A DNA stretch of 64,000 nucleotides from the NCBI GenBank assembly GCA_963727445.1, contig CAVSGI010000010.1, positions 992,001-1,056,000 of the forward strand, given 5' to 3'. Positions 8,928 through 18,252 of the stretch are shown here, piece after piece. This DNA is from an uncultured delta proteobacterium. Its GTDB lineage: Bacteria > Myxococcota_A > Polyangia > Polyangiales > B10-G4. The position numbers were made by a program, and so were the translations under genes. Under the pieces are notes generated by a model. The model ran no database searches and was not told where the DNA came from. It was given only the letters and a program-made list of their open reading frames with translations. How positions within the stretch are numbered: position 1 is the first letter of the stretch; the number at the start of each line of letters is the position of its first letter.

Positions 8928-10220
8928 ATGTACGCGCCCCTTCGCGCGGCCGCGGCGACCCGCATCGCCTTCGTGGTCCTCGCTCTCGGCGGATGCTCGG
9001 CCGACGAGCACGAGCTGATCGTCAACGTTCGCACCGATCTGGTGCCGGGCGCGGAGTTCGATCAGGCCGTGGTGGAGCTCTTCGATGAGCGCGGGACCTT
9101 CGGCGAGCGGCTGCGACGCGTCGAGGTGCGCGCCGTCGCGGGAGACGACTACACCGAGGGCTACCGTGTCGCCGAGCTCCAGGCCGTCCCGAACGGCTTC
9201 TTCGTGATCCGCGCCGCGCTCCTGTTGGACGGCGACCTGGTGGTGGACGCCGTGGGGCCGCTCGAGGTGCGAGAGAACCGCGCGGTGACCGTCGACGTCA
9301 CCCGCGCTTGCGTCGGGGTCTCCTGTCCCCCGCCCGCCGCTCCCAACGCGACGGTGTGCGTCGCAGGTACCTGCGCGCCGCCCGAATGTCTCTTCGCACG
9401 TGGGGGCGCGGGCTGTCCGAGCGTACCCGACGGCGGGCTCGATTCGTCGCTGCCGATGGACACGGGGATCGACGCGGGCGACGCGGGCGACGGGGGCGTC
9501 GATGCCGACGCCGGCGCGGACGCGGGGCCGACACCACCGCCGGGCTACGTGCTGGTCCCGGCCGGGCCGTACCAGATGGGATGCAACAGCGCCCTCGACA
9601 CCGTGTGCATGCCGGACGAGCTCCCGCGACACGAGGTCTTCGTGAGCGCCTTCTTCATCATGATCCGCGAGGTGTCCATGACCGAGTGGGCGGCGTGCAT
9701 CGACGCGGGGGAGTGCGCGATCCCCAGCGACGGGATGTGGTGGACGCCGATGATGACGCCGAACGATCCGGTCGTGGACATGGAGCGCGCCGAGGCCGAG
9801 GCCTATTGCCGGTGGATCGGCGGACGACTGCCGACCGAGGCCGAGTGGGAGAAGGCTGCGCGGGGCACGGATGGTCGTGTCTACCCCTGGGGCAACGACC
9901 CTCCCAACTGCACCCTCGCCAACTACCTCGACTGCGGCGACATGCGGATGTCGGTCGACATCTTCGAGAGCGTCGCCAGCCCCTACGGCACCATCAACCA
10001 AGCCGGCAACGTGTGGGAGTGGGTGAGCGACTACTACGCGGCGGACTACTACGCGAGCAGCCCGGCCAGCGATCCCCGTGGCCCCGCGACCGGCACCAGC
10101 TGGGTGATCCGCGGCGGCAGCCACGACTGGCCGGACACCGCGCTCCGAACGTCGAAGCGATTGGAGTGGGATCACCCCACGGCGGTGATCGGCGTGCGAT
10201 GCGTGCGCGACGTGCCCTGA
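8928..10220 (+). CDS. FGE-sulfatase (SUMF1-like) domain lipoprotein
   Basis: Lipobox LGGC; RLPTEAEWEKAARG, YPWG, AGNVWEWV, RGGS, IGVRCV. Confidence 0.9.
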   Translation: MYAPLRAAAATRIAFVVLALGGCSADEHELIVNVRTDLVPGAEFDQAVVELFDERGTFGERLRRVEVRAVAGDDYTEGYRVAELQAVPNGFFVIRAALLLDGDLVVDAVGPLEVRENRAVTVDVTRACVGVSCPPPAAPNATVCVAGTCAPPECLFARGGAGCPSVPDGGLDSSLPMDTGIDAGDAGDGGVDADAGADAGPTPPPGYVLVPAGPYQMGCNSALDTVCMPDELPRHEVFVSAFFIMIREVSMTEWAACIDAGECAIPSDGMWWTPMMTPNDPVVDMERAEAEAYCRWIGGRLPTEAEWEKAARGTDGRVYPWGNDPPNCTLANYLDCGDMRMSVDIFESVASPYGTINQAGNVWEWVSDYYAADYYASSPASDPRGPATGTSWVIRGGSHDWPDTALRTSKRLEWDHPTAVIGVRCVRDVP

Positions 10221-10223
10221 GAT

Positions 10224-11714
10224 TCAGATCCGCTGCAAGCGCTCGTTCTCGATGCGCCACTCCTCGCGCGTGACGCGCTCCGCGAACCACCCGTCGTGGG
10301 TGACGAGGAGCAGCGCGCCGGGATAGGCGTCGAGGGCCGATTCGAGGCGCTCGATGGAGGGCAGGTCGAGGTGATTGGTCGGCTCGTCGAGGACCAGACA
10401 GGTGGCACCGGCGGCCAGGCCTTCGGCCATTCGCAGCTTCTTCGCCTCGCCCGGTGAGGGCTCGTCGGTGGCGAGGACGCGCGCTGGATCCGAGCCCAAC
10501 GCCGCCAACAGGGACAACACCCGTCCGCGCGCGTCTCTGGGGAGCGCACGGACGCGACGGACCGCGGCGCGACGCTCGCCCGCCGTCAGCTCCTGCGGCA
10601 GGTAGAGCGTGGACCGCGGAGGCAGCAGGTCGAGGAGCGCTTTGAGGAGCGTGGTCTTGCCGGCGCCGTTGTCACCGGAGACGCGGACGCGACTCTCTCG
10701 CTCGACGACGAGGCTGATCGGCCCCCGGGCGAGGAGTCGGCCCGCGATCTCGAGCGCCGGCAGACAGAGCGCTCCCAAACGCGTCGATCGCGCGGGCTGG
10801 TAGTCGAAGAAGAGCTCGCTCCCGAGCGGCTTTTCCACGTGGTGCTCCGCGAGGCGCGCCTGATCGCGGGCATGACGAGAGGAGAGGCTGGCAGCCGCGC
10901 GCGCGTGGGCCGACTCGGCCTTCGCCGCGCGGTGCTTGCGGTTGACCGAGCGCCCATCCGAGTCGCGAATGCTCTTGAGTCGCCGCCGGGCCCCGATGTT
11001 CTTCTCGGCCGAGGCGCGCTCTCGGCGCCGGGCGTCCAGTGCGCGGGCGCTCCGACGCACCTCCGCGCGTGCGCGCTCTCGCGCCTCGTGCTTCGTCCGG
11101 TGGTCGAGTGCCCGCACCTCTTCGGCCAGGCCGTAACCTCCGTCGAAGACACGCAACCGGCCGTCCTCGAGGAAGGCGGTGTGCGTCGCGATCTCTTCGA
11201 TGAACGCGCGGTCGTGACTGACGACGATGCCGACGCCGCGAAACCGGCGCAGCGCGGCCGTGAGGAGGACGCGAGCGGAAGTGTCGAGGTGATTCGTGGG
11301 CTCGTCGAGGAGCAGGACGTCGGGACGCCGCGCGAGCGCCGCGCCGACCTGAAATCGCTTTCGCTCGCCCGGCGACAGCGTCCCCCAGCGGCAGAGATCG
11401 AGCGCCTCGAGGTCGAGCTCCGCGCGCAGACGGACGCTCGTTCGATCCCAAGCCCCCGCGAAGGCCTCGATCTCGGCGTCGGGTGCGTCGACGACCTGGG
11501 GGCATCGCACGACGAGCGCGCCCGCCGGCTCGATGCGCACCTCGCCTTCGTCGGGCGAGAGGGTGCCGTCGACGAGCGCGAGGAGCGTGGTCTTGCCGGC
11601 GCCATTTTCGCCGACCAGCGCCGTGAAGCCGGGCTCGAAACGATGGTCGAGCCCACGGAGAATCGGAACGTGACCGGCGTAGGCGAACGCCAGGCGACAA
11701 AGGGATACGGACAT
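10224..11714 (-). CDS. ABC-F family ATP-binding protein (ribosome-associated, possibly ARE-type)
   Basis: Two NBDs (GENGAGKTT/LSPGE/LLDEPTNHLD and GDNGAGKTT/PSPGE/DEPTNHLD), a basic helical linker, no TM segments. Confidence 0.9.
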   Translation of the reverse strand: MSVSLCRLAFAYAGHVPILRGLDHRFEPGFTALVGENGAGKTTLLALVDGTLSPDEGEVRIEPAGALVVRCPQVVDAPDAEIEAFAGAWDRTSVRLRAELDLEALDLCRWGTLSPGERKRFQVGAALARRPDVLLLDEPTNHLDTSARVLLTAALRRFRGVGIVVSHDRAFIEEIATHTAFLEDGRLRVFDGGYGLAEEVRALDHRTKHEARERARAEVRRSARALDARRRERASAEKNIGARRRLKSIRDSDGRSVNRKHRAAKAESAHARAAASLSSRHARDQARLAEHHVEKPLGSELFFDYQPARSTRLGALCLPALEIAGRLLARGPISLVVERESRVRVSGDNGAGKTTLLKALLDLLPPRSTLYLPQELTAGERRAAVRRVRALPRDARGRVLSLLAALGSDPARVLATDEPSPGEAKKLRMAEGLAAGATCLVLDEPTNHLDLPSIERLESALDAYPGALLLVTHDGWFAERVTREEWRIENERLQRI

Positions 11715-11784
11715 GAGACCTCGAGCGGGGTGAAGGACGAAACGGGGCCGCCTGCCCAACGGGCACGCGACGCGGACGGGTTCT

Positions 11785-11814
11785 TCAGCTCGCGAAGGTC
11801 ATGATCGGCGCCAT
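11785..11814 (-). promoter_or_regulatory. Putative leader peptide uORF (MAPIMTFAS) of the ABC-F gene
   Basis: Strong SD GAGGAGGT 10 nt before the ATG; 9 codons then TGA, 70 nt upstream of the ABC-F start. Confidence 0.45.
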
Positions 11815-11990
11815 CTCTGGCGCCACCTCCTCGATGCGTCTCGGCAGGTGATGTGTCAACCGCCAGTCGCGCAACCTCTGCCCCGTCGTGCGCTTTGGGC
11901 ACACGGCCGGGCATGAAATTGCAGGGCTTTGGGTGGGTACGGGGACTGCATACAGGGTCCTACATCCTCCCACTTCCCCACCGGAGCTCG

Positions 11991-13292
11991 ATGGCCCCCT
12001 CCCACAGCCCCCTCGAACGTCAGAGCGCGCCCCTCAGTCCATTCGAAACCGCCGACAGCGGCCTGTCGCTCGTCGTCACCGAAGGCGAGCTCCAGCGTGA
12101 CCCGCGCGCCTATCACGGCCGCCGCATCACCGTGCGCGCGCTGTTGTCGCGCGGATTCGAGCACAGCACCCTCTCCATCGCCTGGTGCGAGCTCCCAGAA
12201 GGGGAGAGCGAGAGCGACTGGGATGGGCTTCATCTGGTCGAGGCCACGGGCGTCTGGCACTGCGACGGAAAGACGAGCTATGGGCACCTCGGCGCCTGGG
12301 ACGCCGAGTTTCGTGTCAGTCGGATCGCCCTGCGCACACCGAGCGCCGAGCGCACAATCATCCGCGAAGAGCTGCTCGACCTCGTCCCGGACGAGGTGAC
12401 GGTCGTGCGCATCTGCACCGAGGTGGAGCTCGGTGACGACCGCTGGAACGTGTGGCTCGGCAACCGACGGATCATCGAGTCGGGCCTCGGACGATTTCCC
12501 TTCGGGGCGCCGTGGAAGCGCGGCCGGCGCGTGGCGGACCTGGTGCTCGTGGTCACGCCCTCCAACAAGCTCTACGTGGTCTCGGCGACCTGGATCGCGA
12601 GCCCCGGGAGCGCGCGCACCCGGATCAAGGTCGTCGGCTCCCACGAGCTCGACCGCGAGTTGCCCGGCGCGGCGCGCGTGATCGGGCAGCTCGTCTCGGA
12701 GGCCGGGCAGGTGTTCCTCGAAGGAGGCCCGGTCAACGGGAGGCGCCTGATCGAGGTCTCGGAGGAGATCGAGGAGCGACTCGCACACGGTCCCGCGATG
12801 TGCATCGTGTCGATGGATCGTGACGAGGTCCTCGACGTGGAGCTGGTCGAAGCGACTCTCGAAGAGACCGAAGAGCAGGGCACGCTTCGCCTCGCTGATG
12901 TCTTCGAGGATCAGCTCGGCTTCATCATCGAGGAGTACGAGCTGCCCGGCTCGGCGCGGCGCGTCCTGGTCCGGGTGGCCGAAGAGGACGCGTCGGGTGC
13001 GCGCCTCGGCCGCTGGGAGCGCGGAGGCTTCGCGGGGCTTCAGGCGGCGCAGCGTGAGCTCCGGCGTGCGGCGCGTGCCTGGGCGGAGGTCCATGCGCAC
13101 GAGCGGCGCGCCGAGCAGCTCCGTGCCGAGAGCGAGCGCATCGGGCTCCCTGAGCAGCGCCACCAGGTGGCGTCCCTGGCCTTCAAGGAGCTCCTCTTCG
13201 CCGAGCGCGCGCGCCTGCGTTTCGCTGCGGAGCGCACGCGCTTCGGCCGAAGCGTTCGGCGCGCCGCCGACGCGCGCCGAATGAACGGGTGA
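11991..13292 (+). CDS. Hypothetical protein
   Basis: Long ORF with protein-like composition; GGAG upstream of the ATG; start uncertain. Confidence 0.6.
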   Translation: MAPSHSPLERQSAPLSPFETADSGLSLVVTEGELQRDPRAYHGRRITVRALLSRGFEHSTLSIAWCELPEGESESDWDGLHLVEATGVWHCDGKTSYGHLGAWDAEFRVSRIALRTPSAERTIIREELLDLVPDEVTVVRICTEVELGDDRWNVWLGNRRIIESGLGRFPFGAPWKRGRRVADLVLVVTPSNKLYVVSATWIASPGSARTRIKVVGSHELDRELPGAARVIGQLVSEAGQVFLEGGPVNGRRLIEVSEEIEERLAHGPAMCIVSMDRDEVLDVELVEATLEETEEQGTLRLADVFEDQLGFIIEEYELPGSARRVLVRVAEEDASGARLGRWERGGFAGLQAAQRELRRAARAWAEVHAHERRAEQLRAESERIGLPEQRHQVASLAFKELLFAERARLRFAAERTRFGRSVRRAADARRMNG

Positions 13293-13312
13293 GGCGTCGG
13301 CCGCCCGCATCC

Positions 13313-14341
13313 TCACGCCACGCGGAGGGCGGCGCGGGAGGCGGAGGCGTCGACGCTTCCCGTACGACGCGCGCTGACCACGTCGACCACGACGCTGCCG
13401 CTCGGGCGCCGCGTCTCGAGGGCGGCGTGGGCATCGGCGATGCGCTCGAGCGGATGGCGCTCGGCGATCACCGCGCGAACGGCGCCGGACTCGGCGAGGT
13501 CGCGCAGGTCTTCGGTGCTCGCGGGGGTGCCCATGGCCACGCCCGCCAGCGCACGCTGGCCGCCGCGCAGCGCGGTGAGCGCCATCTCGAAGAGGACGCG
13601 CAGGGTGAGGTAGAGGGAGAGGTAGCGTCCCTTCGGGCCGAGGGCGCGGCGGAAGGAGCGGAAGTGATCGCCCTCGGTGGTGTCGAGGATCACGTCCCAC
13701 TTTCCGCGCTCCTGGGTGAAGTCCTCTTGCGTGTAGTCGATGATCGCGTCGGCGCCGAGGGAACGCACGAGCTCGGCGTCGCGGCTCAGCACGCCGGTGA
13801 CGTGGGCGCCGAGGTGCTTGGCGACCTGAACCGCCATCCGGCCCGACGCCGCCCGAGGCGCCGACGATCAGCACGCGCTCGCCCGGCTGGACCTTCGCCA
13901 GGTCGCGAAGGAAGTAGCAGCGCCGTCCCCGCGCCGTAGGGCAGTGACGCGGCCTCGGCGTAGCCGAGCTCGGTGGGCATGGTGGCCACGGGATCGGTCT
14001 CGTTCACCGCGAGGTACTCGGCGTACGCCCCGTGCATCACGGTGCCGAAGATGTCGTCTCCGACCGAGAAGCGCGTCACCTCGGCGCCGACCTCGACCAC
14101 CCGACCGGCGAAGGTAGAGCCGCCGATGGTGTGGCGGGGGCGAAAGACGCCCATCATGAGCCGGCCGAAGACGGCGGACATGCCGGGGAAGTCGGCGCTG
14201 CGCAGCCGGCGGTCGCCCTGGGTCACCGCGCTTGCGTGAACCCGCACCAGGACCTGGCGAGGGCCGATGGTGGGGCGCTCGACCTCGGAGATCTCAAGGA
14301 CATCGGGGGTTCCGTACTCGGATGTTGGTGGCTGCACGCAT
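13313..14341 (-). pseudogene. MDR-family NAD(P)-dependent alcohol dehydrogenase/quinone oxidoreductase, 3 frameshifts as assembled
   Basis: YGTPDVL, GRVVEVGAEVTRFSVGD, GERVLIVGASGGVG, SLGADAIIDY are spread over frames; +1 shifts at about 14320, 13917 and 13841; may be intact in vivo. Confidence 0.85.
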
Positions 14342-14438
14342 GGTCTGCTTCCTCTGCGTTCGCGCCGGCTCCATCGCCGACACCTGGAGTATGTTCATGC
14401 GATTTCGTTTTGAAAATCCGCGATTACGCATCTGTGCT

Positions 14439-14452
14439 ATGCATTTATGCAT
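14439..14452. promoter_or_regulatory. Palindrome ATGCA-TTTA-TGCAT, putative LysR operator
   Basis: Dyad overlapping the LysR start in the divergent intergenic region. Confidence 0.4.
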
Positions 14453-15342
14453 GGATTGGCGCCACGTCGGCTTCGACTGGAACCGGGCCCGGGCCTTCTT
14501 GGTGACGGCCGAGGAAGGCTCTTTCTCGGCGGCAGCGCGGGCCCTCGGCGCGACCCAGCCGACCGTGGGGCGACAGGTGACGAGCCTCGAGGAGGAGCTC
14601 GACGTCGTCCTCTTCGAGCGGGTGGGCCGTGGCCTCGAGCTGACGCCGACGGGCCTCGAGCTGGTGGAGCACGTCCGCGCCATGGCCGAGGCGGCGCTGC
14701 GCTTCTCACGCGTCGCCGCAGGTCAGTCGCTCTCGCTGGACGGGCCGGTCTCCATCAGCGCCGGCGAGGTGATCGCCGTGCACATGCTCCCCGCGGCCGT
14801 CGGCGAGATCCGGCGCGCCCATCCCGGCATCGAGATCGAGATCCTCGCGACCAATCAGGTCAGCGATCTCGGAAGGCGCGAGGCGGACGTCGCGATCCGC
14901 AATTTCCGCCCCCGAGAGCCCGAGCTCGTGGCCAAGAAGCTGCGCGAAGCCGACGGCTATCTCTACGCCACCCCAGCGTATCTACGAGTCCATCGGCGAT
15001 CCCCAGACCCTCGAGGCGCTCTCCCGCCGCGGCGAGTTCGTCGGCTTCGACACCAGCGACACCTTCGCGAACGGGCTCAACGCCATGGGCTTCTCCGTCA
15101 CCCAGAAGAGCTTCCCCTGGGTCTCGGGCAACCAACACGTGCAGTGGTCCCTCGTCACCCAGGGCTCGGCCATCGGCGTCATGATGGCCGACATCGGCGA
15201 TGACGATCCGCGCGTCGTCCGCGTGCTCCCCGAGCTCGTGCGCTTCCCCGTCCCGATGTGGCTGACGAGCCACCGCGAGGTGCGCACGAGCCGCCGCGTC
15301 CGCGTCGTCTTCGACATGCTCGCCGAAGCGCTCGGCGGCTGA
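14451..15342 (+). pseudogene. LysR family transcriptional regulator, one frameshift as assembled
   Basis: HTH FLVTAEEGSFSAAARALGATQPTVGRQV; +1 shift at about 14984 restores ESIGDPQ...WLTSHREVRTSRRVRVVFD. Confidence 0.9.
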
Positions 15343-15396
15343 GGGACGACGATCGGTGACTCGACGCCGGCGCGAGGCGCGTGACACCATCCGCCC

Positions 15397-15927
15397 ATGT
15401 CCCGTCAGGGTTTTCGTTGGTTAGCGTTCCAGCTCGCCGTGTCTGCCACGTTGACCTGTGGCGGCTGCTCGAGCTCGTCGACACAGGAGCCTGCGCCACC
15501 CGCGGAGGCGCTGGCGTCAGGTGCGCCTGCGCCGAAGACCGGTTACGGAACCGCCATGGCGGACGTCGGGCGGCGCTTCGAGCTCCTCGGGCGCGCCGTC
15601 GTCGCCGACCGCTTCGAGCTCGCCGACTACGAGCTGGGGGAGATCGGTGAGGTGTTCGAGGAGACGCTCCCCGAGGCGGACCTTCCCCGCGAAGGCCACC
15701 CCGAGGTTCTGCCCGCCATGGTGACGGCGTTTACCGCGACCAACATCCCGGATCTCCACCAGGCGCTCGCGGGTCACGACGCATCGGAGATCACCGCGGC
15801 CTTCGAACGAACCGCTTCCGCCTGCAACGAGTGCCACCGCGATTCGGGTCACGGCTTCATCGAGGTCTCCCTCGTCGCCGGCAGACCTGTCCCGGTCACC
15901 GATCCCCTCGAACCCGCCGCGCCCTGA
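15397..15927 (+). CDS. Cytochrome c lipoprotein (class II/c'-like)
   Basis: Lipobox GGC; helical body; C-terminal CNECH heme motif. Confidence 0.7.
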   Translation: MSRQGFRWLAFQLAVSATLTCGGCSSSSTQEPAPPAEALASGAPAPKTGYGTAMADVGRRFELLGRAVVADRFELADYELGEIGEVFEETLPEADLPREGHPEVLPAMVTAFTATNIPDLHQALAGHDASEITAAFERTASACNECHRDSGHGFIEVSLVAGRPVPVTDPLEPAAP

Positions 15928-15943
15928 AGGCGGGGCGGGGGTA

Positions 15944-16642
15944 TCAGCGCGCGAGATAGTAGAGCTCGTGCTCCGGGCCCGACGCTCCGTCGTGAGCGAG
16001 TAGGAAGAGGCGTCCCACCTCGAGGCTCGTCCACACCCTCTTCTTGCCGACCGTCTCCGCGTCTGACCACTGAGCCACGTAGCGATAGTGGCGAGAGTCC
16101 TCTCGCGTGTCGTTGTGCACCGGATCCTGGATCCAGGCGGGCACGCCACCGATCTTGGTGCCGCCCGCGTGGGAACCCTTCAGCCAGCCCGCGGGCGGCG
16201 CGGGCCTTTCTTCGTGGGCGCCGTACAGAAGGAAATCGACCAGCGTGTCGTCGGCGACCTCCACGGTCTTCGTCCACTCGGCGACGATCAGCGGCTCGGC
16301 CGGCGCGTCGAGCCCCGGCGGCGGCTCGGTCTTCTTGGCCCCGGGAGAGTCGACGACCACTATCGCGTGGGCGCCGTCGGCGTTCCCCGGGACTCCCGCG
16401 CTGAAACCGCAATCCGGGGAATCGAAGTTCTTGCAGAGGAAGGCATAGAGAACGCGCTCCTCCGCACCGAGGTCAATCCGCTCGCCGGCGTGTTTCCACT
16501 GACCGATGAAGGCCATGGGCTCGTTGCACAGGGCGCAATGAGGCCAATCGTCGTCGGGCAGGCCGACGGGCAGTCCGCCGACGCGGTCCAGGCTCATGCC
16601 CCCTCGGCGAAACGTCGGCAGCCAGGTGACGAGCTCCGCCAT
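15944..16642 (-). CDS. YwqG/DUF1963-like protein
   Basis: RVGGLP...WPHCALCNEPMAFIGQ and TKIGGVPAWIQ motifs. Confidence 0.65.
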   Translation of the reverse strand: MAELVTWLPTFRRGGMSLDRVGGLPVGLPDDDWPHCALCNEPMAFIGQWKHAGERIDLGAEERVLYAFLCKNFDSPDCGFSAGVPGNADGAHAIVVVDSPGAKKTEPPPGLDAPAEPLIVAEWTKTVEVADDTLVDFLLYGAHEERPAPPAGWLKGSHAGGTKIGGVPAWIQDPVHNDTREDSRHYRYVAQWSDAETVGKKRVWTSLEVGRLFLLAHDGASGPEHELYYLAR

Positions 16643-16713
16643 GACCCGAAAGGTACCACGGACCGATTCTTCGACGATCAGAGGGTGACGCACCCCGCGC
16701 GAAGCAAGAACGC

Positions 16714-18252
16714 TCAGCCGAGAAGACCCGGGATCGTCCCGGTCACCTCGCCGAGCGTATCGCCGGTGTGCCCCGCGGCCTGCATGGCGGTGATCAGCGC
16801 GCGTACCGGGTGAGCGCCGCCGGCGTCGATGTGCTGTCCGGTCATGAGCCCGCCGGCGTGGCCGCCGATGAGCATGGCCATGCGACTCACCGAGTGGGTG
16901 GCGTTCGCGGTGGAGCCGTCGTTGAGCTGGGTGCCGTGCCCCGCTTCGGGGGTGAAGACGAGCACGCTGTTGTCGAGCACGGTGCCGCCGCCTTCGGGCG
17001 TGTCCTTGAGCTTCTGCATCAGGTACGCGTAGTGGGAGATGTGCCACTGCAGCATCATCGAGACGTGGAATTGGCCGCGGTTGTTGGTGTCGCCGTTGTG
17101 GCCGAGCTCGTGGAGATCGGCATAGGCCGGATAGCCGAAGTCGGTGGAGATCGGCAGCACGCTCATGTGTGACTGGAACGCGGTGATCTGCAGGGTCGAC
17201 ACCCGCGTGAGGTCGCAGACGAAGGCCATGTGGATCAGGTCGCACATGACGCGCGCGCGCTCGTGCTCGTTGGAGTAGCCGGTGCCGCCCGTGATGTCCG
17301 CGCTGGTGGCGCCTGGATTGTCCGCGCCGATGGCGGGATCGGCGCCGGGATCGGGCGGCACCATGCACTCGCCGGTGGCCATCGGCGGGATGGCGGCGAT
17401 GCGCAGCTCGAGGGCGCGTAGCTCGTCGAAGTGGCGCTCGAGGCGGATCTGATCGGCGCGTCCGACGCGCGCCAGCACAGCGTCGCGCTTCTCCCCGATG
17501 AGGTCGAGAACGCTGCGCCGCGCGCGGATCTCGAAGTCGAGCCGCGCCGCCGCCGCGCCGTCGTCGGGCATGAAGCCGCTGAAGAGCGACATGTACGCGT
17601 TCTGGGGGCTCGTCTGCGCCTCGATGCGCCCCGCGCGTCCGCCGGCGTCGCGATACGAGATGTACTGGCGCCCCGCGTGATCGTATCCGCTCAGATAGAA
17701 GGGCACCTGGGCGCGCATCACCAGATGCCGGTGGATGGTGTCGCCGTCGTACATGTCGGCGATGATCTGGTCCGAGGTGGGCCCGTTGCAGATGAAGGTC
17801 GACTCGGTGGAGCGGGTGCCGCTGAGCAGTGGGCTCTTGCCCCCTCCGTGGAAGTCGCGGAAGGCGCCGCCCGCGGGCACCCCGCCCGCAGAGGAGTCCG
17901 ACGCGTTGAAGGGGATGTTCATGTTGCTGACGAGGGTGAAGTCGTCGATCAACGCGCGCATCGGCTCGAGGGGCGTGGTGATGGTGTACCCGGTCCCTGT
18001 CTCCGGCGGCGCGATGAAGTGGCCGGTCTCCGTCGTACGGGTGCCGTCGATCATGTAGTTGTCCTCGGCCCAGCCGTCGCCCCCGAGGGCCTGGCCGGCG
18101 AAGAGGATCGCGTAACGGGCGGGGGCGGCCCCTGGTTGCGCCTCCGCCCGGTTGCCATTGTCGTCGAGCATGCACTCGAGGACGGGCAGGCCCACGGCGA
18201 CGCCGCCGCCGAGCCCCAGGAGGAAGGTGCGCCTGTCGAGCTTGAAAGCCAT
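16714..18252 (-). CDS. DUF1552 domain protein
   Basis: RRTFLLGLG..VGLPVLECM, RRSVLD, RLERHFDELRALE, MAFVCDLTRV, GGTVLDNS. Confidence 0.9.
   Translation of the reverse strand: MAFKLDRRTFLLGLGGGVAVGLPVLECMLDDNGNRAEAQPGAAPARYAILFAGQALGGDGWAEDNYMIDGTRTTETGHFIAPPETGTGYTITTPLEPMRALIDDFTLVSNMNIPFNASDSSAGGVPAGGAFRDFHGGGKSPLLSGTRSTESTFICNGPTSDQIIADMYDGDTIHRHLVMRAQVPFYLSGYDHAGRQYISYRDAGGRAGRIEAQTSPQNAYMSLFSGFMPDDGAAAARLDFEIRARRSVLDLIGEKRDAVLARVGRADQIRLERHFDELRALELRIAAIPPMATGECMVPPDPGADPAIGADNPGATSADITGGTGYSNEHERARVMCDLIHMAFVCDLTRVSTLQITAFQSHMSVLPISTDFGYPAYADLHELGHNGDTNNRGQFHVSMMLQWHISHYAYLMQKLKDTPEGGGTVLDNSVLVFTPEAGHGTQLNDGSTANATHSVSRMAMLIGGHAGGLMTGQHIDAGGAHPVRALITAMQAAGHTGDTLGEVTGTIPGLLG

Noticed and set aside
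8928..10220. True formylglycine-generating enzyme
   Set aside because: Lacks the catalytic Cys pair after RGGS; generic FGE-sulfatase fold only
11854..11859. TTGACA -35 box upstream of the ABC-F leader
   Set aside because: No credible -10 at 17 nt spacing
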